64,000 bases of DNA, taken from positions 1-64,000 of the forward strand of contig JBGCEP010000004.1 of NCBI GenBank assembly GCA_045106415.1, written 5' to 3'. Source of the stretch: Oligoflexales bacterium (GTDB taxonomy: Bacteria > Bdellovibrionota_B > Oligoflexia > Oligoflexales > Bog-1112). Position numbers and translations under genes: made by a program. Below the pieces are notes generated by a model. It saw nothing but the letters and a program-made list of their open reading frames with translations. It was not told the origin of the DNA and ran no database searches. The first letter of the stretch is position 1; each line of letters opens with the position of its first letter. Shown in pieces: positions 58,685-64,000 of the stretch.

Positions 58685-61585
58685 ATGTGGATCCTCCAGT
58701 TTTTGATGTTGATTTTTGTTTTGGGGTCTTGCCGATCTGAGTCAAATAAATCATCCGCCGGAAGTTCAGCGGATGTTGGCATATCGACCCCTTATTGGCT
58801 TGTTGAAACATGCGATGTGGATACTGAGTTATGTTTTACGGAGATATCATTTGATTCAAATTTTGGAGGTTATTCCTTAGAGGGCAGTGAAAATGTTGAG
58901 GTGTCTATTGAGGAGTGTGAAATTGTGGGCCCGGTTCCGGCCCCATCACAAAGTGTTTGTCGTAAAATGGCTGAGGACGAAATAGCTGATCGTCTCCCCA
59001 AAGAGATAGCATCTTTTGAACAGTTATCAGCAAAAGAACCTTTGCAGCTAGCAATTGAAAGCCATGGTCAAGCTGCTTATTTAGCTGTGTCAGAGTGGAG
59101 TCAATGTCGTTTTGACCCTAGTTATCGAAGCCTGTTGGATCTTGATTTGCAGCAGGATTTAGAGTCGGAATTGAGTCTTGTGCAGCAAGAAATTCAAAAC
59201 CCACTAGAGTTTTACCGTAATTTTTATGAAGGGGATGTTGGCCTTGCGAAGCTAGTTCTTCTTTTAGATAAAAGCGGTAGTATTGCTGATGCTGAAGGTC
59301 TTGATGCTCTTTTAAAAAAAGCTGGTTTTGGTAAAGAAAAAGTCGATATTGATGTTGAAATGTTTCGGAGTAAGTTAAATTTTGATGTGATCGACTTTAG
59401 TGATAAAGGTTCTTTTTTTCTTTCTCTTTCACGTTTATCTCCAACCGGTAGTTTTGCACGTGAAATTTTTACGGCTGCATCTCATTTAAGCGGTATCACT
59501 AAGTCGGGTAAGAACTTTTTTGAAACTGTAGACAAAGAACTTTTGAACACAGAAGAAGAAATTTTAGATGCAACTTTGTCAAAAAAAGAAAAACTGCACA
59601 GAGTAATGGAAAAGACTTTAGTGATGACAGCTGTGGCTTTAGATCTCGCCTCAGCAAATTTAAAAGGAGCGGCGATTGTTGATGACGAAAAGTCATCAGA
59701 TCTAAAAGATAAGGCTGAGTCGACTGAGCAACAAGCTCAGGGAGCTCGATATGTAAAATGGGTTAAAGACCGAGTGAAGTCTGGCGGGGCTGATTTTAAA
59801 AAAGAACTTTTACTTGCTTCACAAAGAGTTGTTGATCATGGCTTTGATGCTGCTGTGGATATAGAGTCTGGAGGTGCAAGAAAAGTTGGTGTTCGTCCTT
59901 CACAAGCAAAACATGATCATGTTGAAAGTTTTGGTGAATTATTTGAGCAAACGTTTAAGGTTCGACAAGAAAGTGTGGCTCGGCATGATGTTTCTATTTC
60001 TTCTGTTTTAACTCGAGGGGCTGCATCTGCTGTTTATGGTGATCCTTTTGCTATGGTCTATGGTGCGTTTGAGGGTGCAGCTGTTGTTAATGGCACAATA
60101 AAGTATGCGAGAAACCGAGATACGATGGTCTTAAAGGTGAAGCAAGGCGAAAAAGAGTTAGCTTTACGTTATCCTTTTGAAAGGACAAAAGACTTTGTTG
60201 TGACCGCAGAAGAGCATAAACGCCTTAAAGATGCATATGATTGGCGTAAACTTCATCGTGTTGAAGGGGTTAGTTTTGATAAAGTGAAAGAAGGTTTGAA
60301 GAAATATTCAAAAGCTCGACAAGATCATCATATTCTCGATGCTCTCAATGTTGCTAGCTATAGTGAAAGAGTAGACAAGGCCACTGAAAGTGTGATGAAA
60401 CTTCGTAAGAAGAAAGACAATGAAAACGCCGATGACTATGATAAAGATTATGACTCTGTGTCACGCTCTTTAGTCGATATTGCCGAAGCAGCGGATTCTG
60501 ATATTACGGATATTATGAATGATGAGGGGGAGTCGAAAAGTTTCCAGGCGAAATTTTACACTGCAAATCACATTCAGAAAAATTTGATAGAGACAGTGTC
60601 TGATCATAAAGCTTTAGAAGATTTTGTAAAGCTTAAAGAGTCAATGAGGAAAAACCGTAAAGTTCCAGAAGGAAGTGAAGAAAAAATTGATGGGTTTCTT
60701 GCTGACTCAGAAAAATACCTTGCCCAAAAAGGCATAGATCGTGAGGAGGTTGTGGATTTTCATAAGCTTTATAGTTTAGTTGAAAAAGACTCTTCAAAGC
60801 TTAAAAATGTTGATTTTGCAGATCCTGCATTTAAAAATTTAAGAACAGTCCGTGACCGTTTTTCAGAAACAACAGCTCTACAAAAATCAAACTGCAGTGG
60901 CACAATCTGTGCTGCTGTGATCGAAGCTGCAATCACTGAGAAAAAAAATTCGAATGAATTAAAAAATATGGTTAAAACTCTAGAGAAAGATTTCTCTGGT
61001 CCAGCCAAGACGCCAGGTCCTTCTAAAATAAGAAAAAGTCTTGCGAAACATGGCGTTGGGCAAGAAGTTGAATCAGAACAGCCAGAAAGATTGAAGAAAC
61101 AAGATAGAGGAGACTATGAATTTGCTGTAAGTCGTCGAGCTAATATTACAGTCCGAATGAATTTAAAGGGTCTTTTGGAAGCGAAAGATAAATTCTCAAG
61201 TAAGAAAAGAGCGCTTGCGAAAAAGATGTCTCTTTCTTATAAACGAAAAAAAGAAGACAAAAAAAAGAGAATCTCTTTAAAAAGTGAAAAATTAAAAGAA
61301 AATATGAAGAGTGATGTAGCAAAGAAAGAGGCTAAGAAAAAAGAAGAGAAACAAAAAGAGGCTAAGAAGAAAAAAGAAGAGAAAAAGAAAGAGGCTAAGA
61401 AAAAATCTGCAAAGAAAAAAAGTACAAAGCTAGCGCTATCTTTATCGGAAGATGGTTTGAGTCAAGAAGAGGATCTTCATAACTGTGCTGAGCCATCTCT
61501 TTTTTATTACCTTGTTGTGATGCAGACGACTCTGTCGGAGATTCAATCGCAGAGGTCCTTTCTCAATTTGATAGAGTCACCATGA
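58685..61585 (+). CDS. Large putative lipoprotein with a Lys-rich C-terminal repeat
   Basis: ATG 58685 gives MWILQFLMLIFVLGSC (lipobox); long helical body; KEAKKK repeats near the C-terminus. Confidence 0.75.
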   Translation: MWILQFLMLIFVLGSCRSESNKSSAGSSADVGISTPYWLVETCDVDTELCFTEISFDSNFGGYSLEGSENVEVSIEECEIVGPVPAPSQSVCRKMAEDEIADRLPKEIASFEQLSAKEPLQLAIESHGQAAYLAVSEWSQCRFDPSYRSLLDLDLQQDLESELSLVQQEIQNPLEFYRNFYEGDVGLAKLVLLLDKSGSIADAEGLDALLKKAGFGKEKVDIDVEMFRSKLNFDVIDFSDKGSFFLSLSRLSPTGSFAREIFTAASHLSGITKSGKNFFETVDKELLNTEEEILDATLSKKEKLHRVMEKTLVMTAVALDLASANLKGAAIVDDEKSSDLKDKAESTEQQAQGARYVKWVKDRVKSGGADFKKELLLASQRVVDHGFDAAVDIESGGARKVGVRPSQAKHDHVESFGELFEQTFKVRQESVARHDVSISSVLTRGAASAVYGDPFAMVYGAFEGAAVVNGTIKYARNRDTMVLKVKQGEKELALRYPFERTKDFVVTAEEHKRLKDAYDWRKLHRVEGVSFDKVKEGLKKYSKARQDHHILDALNVASYSERVDKATESVMKLRKKKDNENADDYDKDYDSVSRSLVDIAEAADSDITDIMNDEGESKSFQAKFYTANHIQKNLIETVSDHKALEDFVKLKESMRKNRKVPEGSEEKIDGFLADSEKYLAQKGIDREEVVDFHKLYSLVEKDSSKLKNVDFADPAFKNLRTVRDRFSETTALQKSNCSGTICAAVIEAAITEKKNSNELKNMVKTLEKDFSGPAKTPGPSKIRKSLAKHGVGQEVESEQPERLKKQDRGDYEFAVSRRANITVRMNLKGLLEAKDKFSSKKRALAKKMSLSYKRKKEDKKKRISLKSEKLKENMKSDVAKKEAKKKEEKQKEAKKKKEEKKKEAKKKSAKKKSTKLALSLSEDGLSQEEDLHNCAEPSLFYYLVVMQTTLSEIQSQRSFLNLIESP

Positions 61586-61592
61586 GTTTTGA

Positions 61593-61622
61593 TTGACGAG
61601 TTGGTTTTCTGTGTTCTATAAC
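61593..61622 (+). promoter_or_regulatory. Sigma-70-like promoter
   Basis: TTGACG-N18-TATAAC upstream of the 61651 ORF. Confidence 0.55.
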
Positions 61623-61650
61623 TGAGCCAACTTGAGCAAAAGAGAATTTT

Positions 61651-62445
61651 ATGGATAAGATTTTAGCCTGTGTCGTATGTTACGTGCTTTTTGGGGTCGT
61701 ATACGGAAATGATCTAAACCTTTTAATGGTTGAGCGTTATGGCGAGAACCCTGATGCTTATATGAAAACGGAGAGGATTTTAAAATGGTTGCAACCGCAG
61801 GTAAGTTATCAAATTCCTTCGATGGAAAAAGATGAAAAACAAAATGTTGTTATGTCAGCGCTTTGTTCCTCTCAAAAGCCTCCAATGCTTAAAGTAGAAG
61901 CTCAATGGAATAAAGAGGAATCTATTCAAAGAGAGGACGCAAGTATTTTAGGCGGGTTTGGGACTTTAATTGTCGATAATGAGAAAGATTTCTGTATTCC
62001 TGTTGCGCCATCTCAGAAAAGTTTTTTTGCCTATTATGGAGCGTATCTGATTCCTTATGATAATGTTGTCCAGTTTGAGTCAGACTCCCCTCTTCCCCTT
62101 ACCGAGATGCGGATCGGACCTTTGTATGCAGAACAGTATTTAATGGATGAGCAGTTAGGGGGAGGTTTTTATCTTGAAACACATGATCGTCCTCATTTTC
62201 ATATGCCATTAAATGTTGAAGCATCTGGCTACTTGATATTAGGAAAGATGAACGGTAGGTATTTAGAGGTTTCGGCATTTTCAATTCCATATGGCTACAG
62301 TGTTTATACTCCTCCTGAAGTGATTCATAATGATGGTTTTTTAGTTGGCCATTATAAGGTCGTGTATTCAGTGACTGAGCATTATTCAACAGTGCTTTTG
62401 CAGAATCAAACAGGACAGATGCTTCCAGTTTCAATTGAAAAGTGA
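61651..62445 (+). CDS. Exported protein with a cupin-like metal-binding motif
   Basis: Signal peptide; His pattern LETHDRPHFH ... PPEVIHND. Confidence 0.6.
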   Translation: MDKILACVVCYVLFGVVYGNDLNLLMVERYGENPDAYMKTERILKWLQPQVSYQIPSMEKDEKQNVVMSALCSSQKPPMLKVEAQWNKEESIQREDASILGGFGTLIVDNEKDFCIPVAPSQKSFFAYYGAYLIPYDNVVQFESDSPLPLTEMRIGPLYAEQYLMDEQLGGGFYLETHDRPHFHMPLNVEASGYLILGKMNGRYLEVSAFSIPYGYSVYTPPEVIHNDGFLVGHYKVVYSVTEHYSTVLLQNQTGQMLPVSIEK

Positions 62446-62531
62446 TGCGTAGATTTTAAATATGATAGATCTGATTATTTATGGATTTGATATATAAATA
62501 TTCTTATGATTTTTCATCTGAAATTAATTTT

Positions 62532-63296
62532 TTAAAACTTTATAAAAAAGCACTCTCGTACTGAGTAAGGTGTGTTGCGTCTTGATTTTTGAGTTCCTAG
62601 AGGCATGAAAGAAGTTGTGACAGGAGAGTGATACGTTTTGAATAAATGATCCCAAAGTGAGATGGAGAAGCTGAAGTTTGAATCGGTCATTTTTATAGGA
62701 ATGGAATGATGAATCCGATGCATGCAGGGGGTCACAAGTATTTTTTGTAAAGGGTAGTCCCAACGGCCAATTGAAATATTACTGTGTTGAAAAATAGCTG
62801 CGCTACTTAAAATAACCTCTGCGATAAAAATACCTAAAGGGTGTGCACCGAGGCATAAAACTGCAGCAGATTTGATCAGAGTTGAGAGGATCATTTCAAT
62901 CGGATGAAATCGAATTCCACTTGAAAGGTCGAGGTCTTGATCTTCGTGGTGAACTCTGTGCCATGTCCATAACCATGGTATTTTATGAAAAAAACGATGC
63001 TGCCAGTAAATGATGAAATCAAGAGATATGACTGTGATTATAATTGCCAACACTTCTGGAAACTGAATGTTTTTTAAAATTCCAAAAGAGTTGTAAGAAC
63101 TCTGAGCTAATAGAAATGGCGGTAACAATGGTAAGAGTTGAGCGATTGTGCTATTGCAGGTGGCAAGTGATAGGTTTACAAACCAGCGTAGACTTCGAGG
63201 TTGTGTACTTGGGTAAGCGGGTTTGATGTTCTCCCAGATAGAAAAGGCGCAGCATAAAATTAAAAAAATAAAAATTTTAGTATGAATATAGATCAC
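62532..63296 (-). CDS. Sterol desaturase / fatty-acid hydroxylase family protein
   Basis: His boxes HRFFH, HRVHH and HRIHH; RFHP; WDHLFKT. Confidence 0.92.
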   Translation of the reverse strand: MIYIHTKIFIFLILCCAFSIWENIKPAYPSTQPRSLRWFVNLSLATCNSTIAQLLPLLPPFLLAQSSYNSFGILKNIQFPEVLAIIITVISLDFIIYWQHRFFHKIPWLWTWHRVHHEDQDLDLSSGIRFHPIEMILSTLIKSAAVLCLGAHPLGIFIAEVILSSAAIFQHSNISIGRWDYPLQKILVTPCMHRIHHSIPIKMTDSNFSFSISLWDHLFKTYHSPVTTSFMPLGTQKSRRNTPYSVRECFFIKF

Positions 63297-63311
63297 AATG
63301 CTCTCATTAAT

Positions 63312-63343
63312 AAAAAAAGAGGTATTGATATCAATACCTCTTT
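63312..63343 (-). terminator. Flagellin terminator
   Basis: Perfect 28-bp palindrome AAAGAGGTATTGATATCAATACCTCTTT (63316-63343) running into a T tract on the minus strand. Confidence 0.85.
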
Positions 63344-63362
63344 GACTATAATTTATGAAACC

Positions 63363-64000
63363 TTACTGATTTTGAAGTAAGCTTAATGCCATTCTTGGGA
63401 CGTTATTTGCTTGTGCTAGTACTGAAACACCTGCCTGCATAAGGATAGAGTGTTTTGTTAGAGAGGCGGTTTCGTCTGCAACGTCAACATCTTTAATTCG
63501 TGATCTTGCCGCAGAAAGATTTTCAACGGAAATAGCAATGTTTTTGACTGTTGAGGTGAGTCTGTTTTCTAAGGCACCTAACTCACCTCGGATAGAGGCA
63601 ACTTCATCAACAGCTCGTCCAATGAGCTCTAAGCTTCTTTGTGATGAAAATTTATCTCCAATACCAACATCTTCAAGTCCGAGCTTGTCGACGTTGACAT
63701 CCAGTTTAAAAGCGTTGAAAGAGATTCTGTCAACACCTAAAAGATTTGAGCCACCTGTGTTTACTTGAAAATCTAAAGATCCACCGGTGCCATCTAAAAG
63801 AACTGTTCCGTTAAATTCAGTGGAGTTTGCGATTCGATCAAGCTCCTCTTTTAAGGATTGGTACTCTTCGTTGAGATAACGCCGTTCTTTTTGTCCAATT
63901 GTATCACTGGCTGCTTGCACACCAAGCTCACGGAGTCGAACAAGGATGTTTTGAACTTCATTCAAACCACCTTCTGCGACCTGAATCAGAGAGACTCCGT
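63363..64000 (-). CDS. fliC: Flagellin (5' end outside window)
   Basis: Frame open to the window edge: GVSLIQVAEGGLNEVQNILVRLREL, RIANSTEFNG, RGELGALENRL, SRIKDVDVA.E, VLAQAN. Confidence 0.97.
   Translation of the reverse strand, partial: GVSLIQVAEGGLNEVQNILVRLRELGVQAASDTIGQKERRYLNEEYQSLKEELDRIANSTEFNGTVLLDGTGGSLDFQVNTGGSNLLGVDRISFNAFKLDVNVDKLGLEDVGIGDKFSSQRSLELIGRAVDEVASIRGELGALENRLTSTVKNIAISVENLSAARSRIKDVDVADETASLTKHSILMQAGVSVLAQANNVPRMALSLLQNQ

Overview
Chromosomal window from a flagellated, AT-leaning bacterium. The gene repertoire (GYF_2-PilZ, TIGR02147-like HTH, HAMP-SpoIIE, FecR-like and Gld-type ABC proteins, dispersed flagellar genes) suggests Bdellovibrionota/Oligoflexia, which is an inference. 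The window opens with the 3' end of a 23S rRNA and a 5S rRNA. A second, stand-alone 5S copy differing at one base lies 1.9 kb downstream, directly ahead of xth-hyp-murB. Housekeeping and motility genes follow: thrA, lepA, uvrA-like, dnaJ, tRNA-Arg(TCT), a GldA/GldFG/DUF4340 ABC cluster, gor, pepQ, fliM, pfkA, plsC, gloB, flgE, fliS, fliD and a partial fliC. I saw no CRISPR array, integrase or transposase. The most notable observations are: (1) a DHH phosphoesterase resembling the type III CRISPR NrN (SAM-AMP-degrading) family, found without Cas or CorA genes and coupled to gor-pepQ; (2) a four-gene HAMP-PP2C / FecR-like / beta-barrel operon that looks like a trans-envelope signalling relay; (3) an AT-rich DctP + LivJ-type tandem receptor coupled to a hybrid histidine kinase; (4) an acidic-head / H1-like-tail polyampholyte protein; (5) an unannotated rod-shaped RNA candidate; (6) an unannotated 53-aa basic protein. 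Family assignments come from motif recognition by eye and need HMM or structure confirmation.
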